This document shows, in pieces, positions 19,070 through 27,187 of a stretch of 64,000 nucleotides of DNA. A model generated the notes under the pieces. It was not told where the DNA came from, did not search any database, and saw only the letters and a program-made list of their open reading frames with translations. Position 1 is the stretch's first letter, and each line of letters opens with the position of its first letter. The position numbers and the translations under genes were made by a program. This stretch comes from Candidatus Latescibacterota bacterium. GTDB lineage: Bacteria > Latescibacterota > UBA2968. The DNA lies in NCBI GenBank assembly GCA_965204375.1, contig OZ241986.1:640001-704000 (forward strand). The letters run 5' to 3'.

Positions 19070-19234
19070 TTATTTTTTGTTTTTATTACTTGATGCTTGC
19101 TTATTGCCCTCACTTCGCGTACTTTTTGATCCAGAAGATTTGTTTACCGGACGTGCTGGACGGGAGAGTGTTGTGCTATTCTCTCCTTTATCAATAAACG
19201 TAATGGTTTTTGTCTTCTCATTTTGTCCCATCAT
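19070..19234 (-). CDS. 54-aa disordered basic peptide (not in the ORF track)
   Basis: AAGGAGG RBS; MMGQNEK...LSRPARPVNK...NKNKK; ends just before the RBS of the SLATT-like gene. Confidence 0.5.
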   Translation of the reverse strand: MMGQNEKTKTITFIDKGENSTTLSRPARPVNKSSGSKSTRSEGNKQASSNKNKK

Positions 19235-19308
19235 TGAACCTCCTTAGAGTATAGACATCAATATAAGGTATTTTCATGGTCTTGTCGATCAGATTTCAGG
19301 GGGATGAT

Positions 19309-19426
19309 TGGACTTGACCCGCTTTGGTGGATAATAGCATAAACACCCCCATCACCTATGAAAAACTGATGGACAAGATGATTGGCGTGAAACTTCTACA
19401 CTATCTACTGAACCGGAATAACTCCA
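19309..19426. mobile_element. MITE family C (118 bp)
   Basis: TGGACTTGACCCGCTTTGGTGG ... CTACTGAACCGGAATAACTCCA; homologous to 7332-7449. Confidence 0.75.
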
Positions 19427-19539
19427 GAAAACGTTGATTTCGTTGGCGGAAACTGATGAAAAGCTGACAGAGGAACTCAGGAGGCATATCAATCTGCCCT
19501 CCAATTTTTACGACGATTAGCTGTCATAGAGGAGGAGAA

Positions 19540-19770
19540 ATGGATAATTTTTTAATTGTAACCAACACAAGCAAACATACATTTTGCGATGAACTCTCAG
19601 AAAACAAAGAGTTAGGCTACAGCGTAACTTCTTTTTTTGTTACAGATAACGGCAGTAGTGTTCGTTATACCGCTCTAATGGAAATAGACGAAGATGCTAA
19701 AACAATAATGGCGAATCGCAAAGCAATAGGCCAAATCCTAAATAAATCTACTGGCGAAAACTCATCATGA
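19540..19770 (+). CDS. Small hypothetical protein (DUF1737-like pattern)
   Basis: GGAGGAG RBS; GY.V.......Y.ALME pattern like 6898-7095. Confidence 0.45.
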   Translation: MDNFLIVTNTSKHTFCDELSENKELGYSVTSFFVTDNGSSVRYTALMEIDEDAKTIMANRKAIGQILNKSTGENSS

Positions 19771-19887
19771 CAGTTTTGCGTCGGGGATTATGTATTATAG
19801 TGCCGAGAACATAATCCACATAATCCCACAATAAAAAAGCTGGCTACTCACTGATAAAGAAGCGGCCAGCTTTTCCTCTAAAATGAT

Positions 19888-20364
19888 TTAGGTACTGCCT
19901 TTTATTCTACGTTGCATCATTCTTCTTTTTCTGTAATATTCCGGGTTATATTTGCTTCCATCAGCCTTTTGTGGTGTTTGTGTCTTGGGCCTCACAGGAC
20001 CTTTAGACCCAAACCATTCTGACAGCTTATCTTTCGCCAGATTCGCTGTTTCAGCCGTCATATATGCTCTGGCAAGACCCAAAGCTGTTGCTAAAACTCC
20101 CGCATCATCTCCATACCCAACCAGAGGTGTCATATCAGGGACCGCATCTATTGGGATAATAAAGTATGCTAAGGCACTATAAATCGCGGTTTTTACCGTG
20201 ATCGGTGTTCCTTCTTGCTTTGCGGTATAGTAAAGCTCTAGCGATTTTTTAACAACTGCCCTACCCGCGGTAGTAGCTTGATTAGACAGTTTATCCCAAA
20301 ATCCACGCTCCGTGTACTTCTCTGGCTCTGGTAACGAGGGACTCTTACGATTTCCGCTTTGCAT
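19888..20364 (-). CDS. YkvA/DUF1232 membrane protein with an extra basic C-terminal tail
   Basis: FWDKL...AG......L.LYY...ALAYFIIPIDAVPD.TPLVGYGDD; GGAGG RBS at ATG 20364. Confidence 0.85.
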   Translation of the reverse strand: MQSGNRKSPSLPEPEKYTERGFWDKLSNQATTAGRAVVKKSLELYYTAKQEGTPITVKTAIYSALAYFIIPIDAVPDMTPLVGYGDDAGVLATALGLARAYMTAETANLAKDKLSEWFGSKGPVRPKTQTPQKADGSKYNPEYYRKRRMMQRRIKGST

Positions 20365-20398
20365 CTCTACCTCCGGTGTGAGTGTTAGCCCATAATCC

Positions 20399-20561
20399 GG
20401 CACCCCGGTTTGGGTGCCGGGCGGTATCAACACTCGCGCAGTAGAGATGCGGGAAGTCCTACTTATTTACCAAGGCTTGGGGAGCTACCCCTCGCCTATG
20501 TGATTGGTTATTGTATTCGGCAGGCCACCCGACATACGGGCACCGCACGAGCGTTGATACC
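20399..20561 (-). ncRNA. Candidate structured RNA, copy 1 (family unidentified)
   Basis: 19-bp closing stem, inner hairpins and 3' hairpin covarying with copy 2; TTGACT-17-TATCAT promoter at 20593-20565. Confidence 0.65.
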
Positions 20562-20747
20562 TGTATGATACAATAGCCTTTTCTGTAAGTCAAAACATAA
20601 ATCCCTATCTAATCTGATTGACGGGTTTTGTGTTGTACAACACGAGGGGCACATGTTGCCTGCCATAGTTTGACATTTGATTCTGGAAATCCTATTTTGT
20701 TACTTTGAAATAGGCAAGGCATGCGCTGATTCTAAAAGAAGATAAAG

Positions 20748-21236
20748 ATGGCTAAGGGCGACCATATTTGTGTAAGTAGAGGACTCTACTGGCATCATGG
20801 AATTGATCTCGGAAATGGCCGAGTCATACACTATACGGGGTACCCTGGGGATAAGGGCAGAAATGCCGCTATTAAAGTTGAAAGTATCCAAAAATTTGCC
20901 AAAGGAAGGGAAATTTACTACGGAGACTCTAAAGCGCAATATTCGCATGATGAAATTGTGAGGCGTGCCGAAGGTCGGATTGGTGAAGAGGACTACGATA
21001 TCGTCGGCAACAATTGCGAACATTTTGTGAACTGGTGCAGAACTGGCCGACATAAGAGCCAGCAAGTCAATACGGCGGCGGCTTTGGTTACACCTGCTGC
21101 ACCTTACGCGTACCTTAAACAGAAATTCGGTGCTCCGACACCTCCGGCACCACAAAAGGCTGACGGCAGTAAATATAATGCGGAATATTACAGAAGAAAA
21201 AGAATGATGCAACGCAGAATAAAGGGTAGCACCTAA
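20748..21236 (+). CDS. LRAT-family (permuted NlpC/P60) acyltransferase/phospholipase with a basic C-terminal tail
   Basis: GDHI, HHGIDLG, VIHY, NNCEHFVNWC catalytic motifs. Confidence 0.9.
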   Translation: MAKGDHICVSRGLYWHHGIDLGNGRVIHYTGYPGDKGRNAAIKVESIQKFAKGREIYYGDSKAQYSHDEIVRRAEGRIGEEDYDIVGNNCEHFVNWCRTGRHKSQQVNTAAALVTPAAPYAYLKQKFGAPTPPAPQKADGSKYNAEYYRRKRMMQRRIKGST

Positions 21237-21642
21237 ATCATTTAATCGGTCGATTTTTTTTATGAATGAGTGTCTAAATGGAGGCAGAAATACATTTTTC
21301 AGGGCCTGTTTTTGGGCGTATTTGCACAAAAAAACGCCAATTTGCGGGCCTGGGTACACTGAAAAAGGGCAATTTAGGGGCTTTTTACAATATTCGAGGC
21401 GAGCAAGGCGTAGTCTGTTTTTGTGTTGGAAGGCGCTGAACAGCCATAAATGGGTCAGGTAAAGGAAAAAAACAGCGTTTCTGTGGTGACATGGTAGCAA
21501 AAGGGCGTGTTTTTGCTCAAAATGCCCCGCATGCGGTTCCGCCCTCAGTGTGTCATCCTGCCCAAGTAAGCGGACATGTTGGGTGCAAAAGCCCGTCGAT
21601 CGTTCTGATTAACGGGCTTTTGTGTTGTACTCGAGGCGGGTT

Positions 21643-22335
21643 TTACCGCCCTTTTTCCCATATTGCGTTATAGGCGGGGCTGGTGTTCGTGAACTCTGTT
21701 GTCAGGCTTATCCTGCCTTTTCCGAGGGTCTCCACAACGATTAACAGCTTTACCTCGGTCACATTATCCGGGAAAGGTTTTCCCCCCAATCCTCTCATGT
21801 CTTTCCATTCGGATATGAACGCCTGACCGTCGTAATTCAAAAACCGCCTTGTCCAATCCTCTGGCGAGTCCCAAGCGTTGGTATTAAATGACCGCTGCAT
21901 CCGGTAGCCGCCTGAGCTGTACCGCTCGGCCAGTTGCTTTTTGATTGCCTGGTATTTAGGCATGATATTCTCGCCACCATTCCCCACGTCCATTTCATCC
22001 GACCAGGCCCACAGCTTAAAAAGCCCGTGATCGGGCGTGAAATATAGCCGAAAGAGGGTAAAGTCAGCCTCTTTCGGCTCCTCAGAAAAGAGGCCGGAAA
22101 ACAGATCGAGGGCTGATTTTTCCGGGGGTGTATCAGCCAGTTTAAGTATAATGGAGCGTCGATAGCCCACCGAGTCAATGTCTGTTATCTCGAAGCCTTT
22201 GAGGGCCTTAACTTCATCAAAAGGCATCCCCATATAGAACTCAAAGGAATAGACGCCGGGCGGTTTTGTCTGGGCGGTCGCTGATGCGACAAGTAGCACC
22301 AGTGAGGTCAATAGTGTGCGGGTTAAAGTCAACAT
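21643..22335 (-). CDS. Secreted hypothetical protein
   Basis: Signal peptide MLTLTRTLLTSLVLLVASATA-Q; AAGGAG RBS. Confidence 0.65.
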   Translation of the reverse strand: MLTLTRTLLTSLVLLVASATAQTKPPGVYSFEFYMGMPFDEVKALKGFEITDIDSVGYRRSIILKLADTPPEKSALDLFSGLFSEEPKEADFTLFRLYFTPDHGLFKLWAWSDEMDVGNGGENIMPKYQAIKKQLAERYSSGGYRMQRSFNTNAWDSPEDWTRRFLNYDGQAFISEWKDMRGLGGKPFPDNVTEVKLLIVVETLGKGRISLTTEFTNTSPAYNAIWEKGR

Positions 22336-22488
22336 GTGTTGCTCCTTTGTGTTGGGTGGTGAGTACACACAAAAAGCACCTGGAAACACGCGCTCCAGGT
22401 GCTTTCTATTTTTCCCAAATAGTCTTGAAAAACTTCTACAGTTTTCGCGTGGACTTTTCGCATGGTGGACTTTCTGCGAGGTGGTTGT

Positions 22489-22651
22489 GGCACTCAAAAT
22501 TGAGTGCCGGGCACAGTCCACCGTCACGCAGAAAGATGCGATTAAGCCCTGCCTGTTTACCCTAGATCGGGGAGCTACCCGTCACCGTTAATGGGCTATT
22601 GTATTCAGCAGGCTACCCGACAAAACGGGTATCTGCCTGACAATGGACTGT
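22489..22651 (-). ncRNA. Candidate structured RNA, copy 2
   Basis: Same length and architecture as 20399-20561; TTGACA-17-TATTCT promoter at 22684-22656. Confidence 0.65.
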
Positions 22652-22692
22652 TGCCAGAATACAACCACAGGCAGGGGGTGTCAATATAAATA

Positions 22693-23022
22693 TCACGTAT
22701 CGAACCAACCGACCATTTGCTCAGCGGCTTGCTTTTTCGCCTTTGGTGTGATGTGCATTGCAATAGCGGCGACTGTGCTGATCAGTACGCCGAGGTCGTC
22801 TGTGAACCCGAACACTGGCGTTGGGTCAGGTATGGCATCAATGGGCGATATGAAATAGGCCAGTGCCGCGAAAACTGTGGCCTTCGCCCACTTGGGCGTA
22901 TCCTTTGATTCGGCAGTGTAATACAGCCATAGAGCTTTTTCAATCACATCGCGGCCAGCTTTGCGAGCGAATGTTTTGATCTTCTGCCAGAAATCGGCCT
23001 CGCTAAAATCCTTGTCGGCCAT
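22693..23022 (-). CDS. YkvA/DUF1232 membrane protein (no tail)
   Basis: FWQKI...AG......LWLYY...ALAYFISPIDAIPD.TPVFGFTDD. Confidence 0.85.
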   Translation of the reverse strand: MADKDFSEADFWQKIKTFARKAGRDVIEKALWLYYTAESKDTPKWAKATVFAALAYFISPIDAIPDPTPVFGFTDDLGVLISTVAAIAMHITPKAKKQAAEQMVGWFDT

Positions 23023-23153
23023 ATACGGTCTCCATCGAAAAATCCCACAGCTTAAAGTTCTGTGGGGTAGTTGAACGGACCTTGCTCTTGTCCGCAAGGG
23101 GGGAATGAGGCGATTCAGCAATGCGGTGCTTAAATCGCTTCTGTGGGCGTCTG

Positions 23154-23375
23154 TCAGGGGAGTCCGATACTTTCCGAAAATTCCAGTGGGGCGTTGTCGG
23201 CCCTGACCAACTGGCCAGTGAGGTACTGCTCCAAGATGGAACGGATGACAGTGTTTCGAGTATCCCACGAGTTACCGGCGGCGCGGTCGAGACGTACAAC
23301 GATACCGCGCGGGATTTTTGCAGCAACAATCATCAGCTCCCTTTTTGGCGGCGGCTTTCCGTTGGATTTGCTCAT
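23154..23375 (-). CDS. Ribbon-helix-helix (CopG-like) protein
   Basis: Strand-helix-helix pattern; paralogous to the C-terminus of 23718-24308. Confidence 0.6.
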   Translation of the reverse strand: MSKSNGKPPPKRELMIVAAKIPRGIVVRLDRAAGNSWDTRNTVIRSILEQYLTGQLVRADNAPLEFSESIGLP

Positions 23376-23683
23376 GATGCCCTCCTGTTCAGGAATAGAC
23401 GTGCAGAGTATCGGTCGCCTTTGCGTACCCAGCCCGGTTCAATATGTGGCTCTGTCCCCATCGAAATACGCGATCCATCGACAAAGGCGATTGAGTCAAT
23501 CCTGACGCTATCAATCTCCGGCTTTTCGTTTTCCAAAATAGCGTCAAGATCTCCCTGGTGATCTTTCCATACGCGCAGGGCGATGGTGTCGGAAATATCT
23601 GATTGATACCGCTCAAATTCTTGCTCTTGCAAGTCCTCAATCCTGTCCCTCATCCGCTCAATGCGCGGGTCGATTGCTTCCAT
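23372..23683 (-). CDS. Hypothetical protein
   Basis: AAGGAG RBS, MEAIDPRIE...; ATGA overlap with the next gene. Confidence 0.55.
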   Translation of the reverse strand: MEAIDPRIERMRDRIEDLQEQEFERYQSDISDTIALRVWKDHQGDLDAILENEKPEIDSVRIDSIAFVDGSRISMGTEPHIEPGWVRKGDRYSARLFLNRRAS

Positions 23684-23717
23684 TGAAGTCTCCTTGTTGA
23701 ATGTTTTCGAGTACGGG

Positions 23718-24308
23718 TTATTGTAAGGACGTGGGCAATGGACGCCTGACCATTGGGGCGTCAAAGTCGATGCTGTTTGAGTAGTCCAGCGGCGCGTCGT
23801 CTGCCCTGATCAATTCCCCATTGAAATACTGATCGAGGACTTTTCCTATCACCTGATTGCGGGAATCATGAGAGTTGCTTTTGGCCTTCTCAATCTTCGC
23901 CAAAAGTGGCCGAGGGATCCTCACAGACACCAGCTTGAGATTGTTTGTCCTGGGCTGTCCAACAAGGCGTTTGGTCTGGCGCTCGATGCGGGCTTTCTCT
24001 TTCCATTCCAGCGACACGGCTTGCCCTCTCGATAATCCAGTGTCCAGGCATTCAGCACGCCAGACGGATCCCGGCTTTAAGCCTTGCCCGATCGGGCTGT
24101 TTTTTGTGCGGGAATGCTCTTTGATCCTGTCAACAATTCTGCCCTCTGTGGCCTCGACAAAGGTTTGACCATTGGCAAGGGTTATTCGATAGACCGAGTA
24201 ATGGCTTTCGTCCTCTGGGGGATCCGTGAGGTGGTATCCACAAAGACCCTTCTCGACAGGCGGCAAGAGACAATACAGATGCTTGCAATAGTTCTTCAGA
24301 ATGTCCAT
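23718..24308 (-). CDS. Degenerate GIY-YIG-like domain fused to an RHH domain
   Basis: SVYRIT.....FVEAT...DRIKEH...A..LE followed by LVSVRIPRPLLAKIE...RNQVI. Confidence 0.5.
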   Translation of the reverse strand: MDILKNYCKHLYCLLPPVEKGLCGYHLTDPPEDESHYSVYRITLANGQTFVEATEGRIVDRIKEHSRTKNSPIGQGLKPGSVWRAECLDTGLSRGQAVSLEWKEKARIERQTKRLVGQPRTNNLKLVSVRIPRPLLAKIEKAKSNSHDSRNQVIGKVLDQYFNGELIRADDAPLDYSNSIDFDAPMVRRPLPTSLQ

Positions 24309-24547
24309 ATCACTCCTTTTGTTTCAGTATTACGGGATATAGAAAAAGCCCCCGGCGATCTTCTGCCAGAGGCTTGTGTGAATGTACTCGAGTCGGGCGC
24401 CGATGGTTGGGGGACTGTTCACCGCGCCCGACGCCCTCAATGCACAAAAACCTCTGAAACCCCTATTTTTAAGCTGTCTGAGAAGCGATAGACGTGTCTC
24501 CCCCAAGCACGTTTTTAATTATCGCCTCTCAGACGCCTCTAATCCTC

Positions 24548-25309
24548 TCAATCCTTGTCGAATGCGCGGCTTATCAAATCAGATGCCTCTTTTTTGGTCA
24601 CGCGCACCTCGCCGTCTTTTGGTGGAGTCTTCAGCTTGCGGTTAATCTCGTCGGCAAGGTCGGGGTCAGTCTTGTTGCTCTTTGCGATGTTCTGCAAAGC
24701 CACAATCTGTTTCGATGTAGCCGCTTCACCTGGGCCTACCTCAAAGCGAGCGTCCGATTGATGCCGAGGCGGAGGGGTTGGATCGTTGAGCCAATCATGG
24801 CCGGGGTCTTCAATCCCGTTGTCTGGCGGATCGTCGTAGCGGCCATTGTGATGCCCGTTGTTGCTGGCCTGGCGGTTGGCCTGGTCATTATCTCCATCGT
24901 AGAGGTGTAGGCCAATGCCGAAGGTCGAACAACACTTTTTGAGCGCATCGACGGCGGCCACTTTCATTGCATCGCCTAATGGGAATCCGCGGTTGATTGT
25001 GCCGTGCCCGAAGTTTTCCCTGGTAATTGTTCGGCCATCCTCAAGGGTGATCGAGAGCGAGCCTTTGACGGCGACATGAGAATCAGTAAGTCCTGCCACT
25101 TCAGTCCGAAAGTTCCAGGCGAAGGGAAAGAGCGCATCGAGGCGGCGCGTGTACTCGGGGTGTCCCACATACGAGAGCGGCTTGTTGCCTGTTCCTGCGT
25201 CCTGGCGAACCTTTATCACGTTACTGGGGAACGGCACATAACACTCGCCAACGATCTGCTCAACGTCCACTTCTGGCAGTAAAGCGGTTTCTGCGGTGAT
25301 TGCTTCCAT
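24548..25309 (-). CDS. Rad52/Rad22-family single-strand annealing protein
   Basis: LSYV.....RRLD..F...W.F, V...L.I...RE.FG, K.A..DALKKC..FGIGLHLY. Confidence 0.9.
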   Translation of the reverse strand: MEAITAETALLPEVDVEQIVGECYVPFPSNVIKVRQDAGTGNKPLSYVGHPEYTRRLDALFPFAWNFRTEVAGLTDSHVAVKGSLSITLEDGRTITRENFGHGTINRGFPLGDAMKVAAVDALKKCCSTFGIGLHLYDGDNDQANRQASNNGHHNGRYDDPPDNGIEDPGHDWLNDPTPPPRHQSDARFEVGPGEAATSKQIVALQNIAKSNKTDPDLADEINRKLKTPPKDGEVRVTKKEASDLISRAFDKD

Positions 25310-25379
25310 TGGATAATCCTTTCAATGGTTGGGGGTTATGGGCGACACAAGGCCGCCCTGGTTGTCAGCTTCGTGGGGG

Positions 25380-25568
25380 TTAGACCTGCGTGATGATCCG
25401 ATCATTTAGCCGCCGCGCGATCTTTTTATACTGCACTTCTGCGGCCTGTTCTGAAGGGTAGCGGATTGCTTCGATATTGCTCCTGCCTTCAAACACAATA
25501 TCCCGATGTTCGAGCCGTATATCTCTCCCGTCGAGAGCAATGAGACGCTTGCCATTTTCGATCCACAT
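25380..25568 (-). CDS. Small hypothetical protein, paralogue of 26225-26410
   Basis: MWIENGKRLIALDGRDIRLE...IRYPS.QAA..QY..I..RL. Confidence 0.65.
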   Translation of the reverse strand: MWIENGKRLIALDGRDIRLEHRDIVFEGRSNIEAIRYPSEQAAEVQYKKIARRLNDRIITQV

Positions 25569-25648
25569 AGGGCTGTGTCTCCTGTGAGAGTTGGGCGACT
25601 TCGAGAGCCGCGCCAGGTGGTCGGTTGACTACTGCACTGGCGGTACGG

Positions 25649-25906
25649 CTATTCGCCATCGGCGCCCGGATCCGCAAAGCTGTTCGAGGTGAGAAATTCA
25701 TACGCCTTGTTCAGCACCAAAACAGCCTTTGGTATATCGTTCACCTTCAAGCTGTTGGTGGTCTGCCAGTTGCCCTCTTTGTCCAGGTAACTGCGCTGAA
25801 AGCTGACAGTGCGGACGGTCAGCTTTTCACCGCCTCGATCAAACTCTTGCTCGTAGATCGAGGCCGAACATAAGCCGTGACGGAATGTTATTTCGGGTTG
25901 TGGCAT
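25649..25906 (-). CDS. Small SSB/PC4-like mobile-element protein
   Basis: ASIYE...TVSFQRSYLDKEGNWQTTNSL..NDIPK pattern; AGGAG RBS. Confidence 0.6.
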   Translation of the reverse strand: MPQPEITFRHGLCSASIYEQEFDRGGEKLTVRTVSFQRSYLDKEGNWQTTNSLKVNDIPKAVLVLNKAYEFLTSNSFADPGADGE

Positions 25907-25960
25907 TGTGGTTCTCCTGTTGGATGCGGGCGACCTTGAGAGCCGCCCAGGTGGTTAGGG

Positions 25961-26191
25961 TTATTCTGCGGCAAAGTCGGTGTCCCAGGAAAAGCTGTAT
26001 TCCTCTGGCGAGTCCGTGAACTCTTGGCAAAGCTGTTCGAGCTTCTCGACAAATTCCTCTGGCTTGACTGTGACCAGCCCGAAGAACTTGAGACGGACAA
26101 CAAACTTTTCGGGTGTGTGTGCCTTTTCTATGGTGGTGGACTGCTCAATTGCCTCGCCGATCTCGGTGGGCGCGTCCTCATATTCTGCCAT
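25961..26191 (-). CDS. Small acidic hypothetical protein
   Basis: 76-aa ORF with AAAGGA RBS, in the operon. Confidence 0.5.
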   Translation of the reverse strand: MAEYEDAPTEIGEAIEQSTTIEKAHTPEKFVVRLKFFGLVTVKPEEFVEKLEQLCQEFTDSPEEYSFSWDTDFAAE

Positions 26192-26224
26192 GTGCAGTGT
26201 CCTTTCTCGCCTTGTGGTCGGGGG

Positions 26225-26410
26225 CTATATGATCAAGCCGCTTTCTGTCAGGCGGTTGACTATGGTGTTATACTGGGCGCTCGCGGCTTGCGGTGATGGA
26301 TAACGGATGATCTCGATGTCGCGGCCATTGTCGAAGACGATCTCGCGGCATTCCAGCTTGATGTCTCGACTTTCGAGAGCAATCAGCCGCTGGCGGCTTT
26401 CTACCCACAT
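26225..26410 (-). CDS. Small hypothetical protein, paralogue of 25380-25568
   Basis: MWVESRQRLIALESRDIKLE...IRYPS.QAA..QY..I..RL. Confidence 0.65.
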   Translation of the reverse strand: MWVESRQRLIALESRDIKLECREIVFDNGRDIEIIRYPSPQAASAQYNTIVNRLTESGLII

Positions 26411-26461
26411 TGTTTTGATCCTCTTGTGTGTGACGGGCGACCACGCGGGCCGCCCAGGTGA

Positions 26462-27160
26462 TTAGAATACGTTGGCCTCTTTCATCGAGAGAAACCGCTC
26501 GGATCCAATGATCAGATGATCGACCACTTCGATGCCGAGGATTTCGCCAGCCTGAACCATCCGGCGCGTAAGCTCGATGTCCTCACGAGAGGGCGTTACG
26601 TCTCCAGAAGGATGGTTATGCCCAAGTATCACCGAGGCGGCACTTGTCCCGACTGCGGGGGCAAACACTTCTCTCGGATGCACAAGAGAGGCATTGAGGG
26701 ATCCGATGCTGATTGTCTCAGTCTTCAAAATCTGATTGCGGGCATTCAGATAGACACAGACGAAATGTTCACGCTTCAAATTCTTTATATGGCGAAGCTC
26801 AGGGAGTACATCGAGCGGGCTTGTTATGGACGGCTCTGTACCCATGCCCTGGTTAAGAACACGTCTCGAAAACTCTATCGAGGCTTGCAGGGTCAACAGT
26901 TGGGATTTCGTGAGGTCGTTCCCTTTGAGTTGTTGGTTGACAATCTGCCCGGGCGGATGTTCAATTTGAAAATTTGCCAAAGTCTCAAGCGGGTTCTGTT
27001 TGAGGAATGACTTGGTTTTTGTCAACGCTCCGGTCTTTCCTCTTTGCGGCATTCGCAGAACCAGGGCGAGCAGTTCTTCTGCGGCCAAAGATTCTGGGCC
27101 GTTTCTTTGGAGTTTATAGATGGGCTGATCCGCTTCCTGGATGCGGTTGAGTTTATACAT
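26462..27160 (-). CDS. radC: RadC/JAB-domain protein
   Basis: HPREVF, HNHPSGD..PS..D, VDHLII motifs. Confidence 0.95.
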   Translation of the reverse strand: MYKLNRIQEADQPIYKLQRNGPESLAAEELLALVLRMPQRGKTGALTKTKSFLKQNPLETLANFQIEHPPGQIVNQQLKGNDLTKSQLLTLQASIEFSRRVLNQGMGTEPSITSPLDVLPELRHIKNLKREHFVCVYLNARNQILKTETISIGSLNASLVHPREVFAPAVGTSAASVILGHNHPSGDVTPSREDIELTRRMVQAGEILGIEVVDHLIIGSERFLSMKEANVF

Positions 27161-27187
27161 TGAGGTTTCCTCCTATTCGTTGGGGGT

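Larger units (their letters stand above)
25340..26460 (-). repeat. Four intergenic hairpin repeats GGGCGAC-N-GCCGCCC(A)GGTG at 25340, 25593, 25928 and 26435
   Basis: Direct reading; each lies between a stop codon and the next RBS of the minus-strand operon. Confidence 0.75.

Noticed and set aside
2700-19430. Intergenic palindromes as integron attC sites
   Set aside because: There is no integron integrase and no consistent RYYYAAC/GTTRRRY boxes, genes lie on both strands, and the TIR plus target-duplication structure indicates MITEs
19888-21236. Inverted 87-bp repeat as an invertible switch or shufflon
   Set aside because: Differences are mostly synonymous, inversion would only swap near-identical tails, and no invertase is adjacent; protein-level conservation explains it better
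20399-22651. Structured RNAs as retron msr-msd or IS110 bridge RNA
   Set aside because: No reverse transcriptase or IS110 recombinase is present in the window
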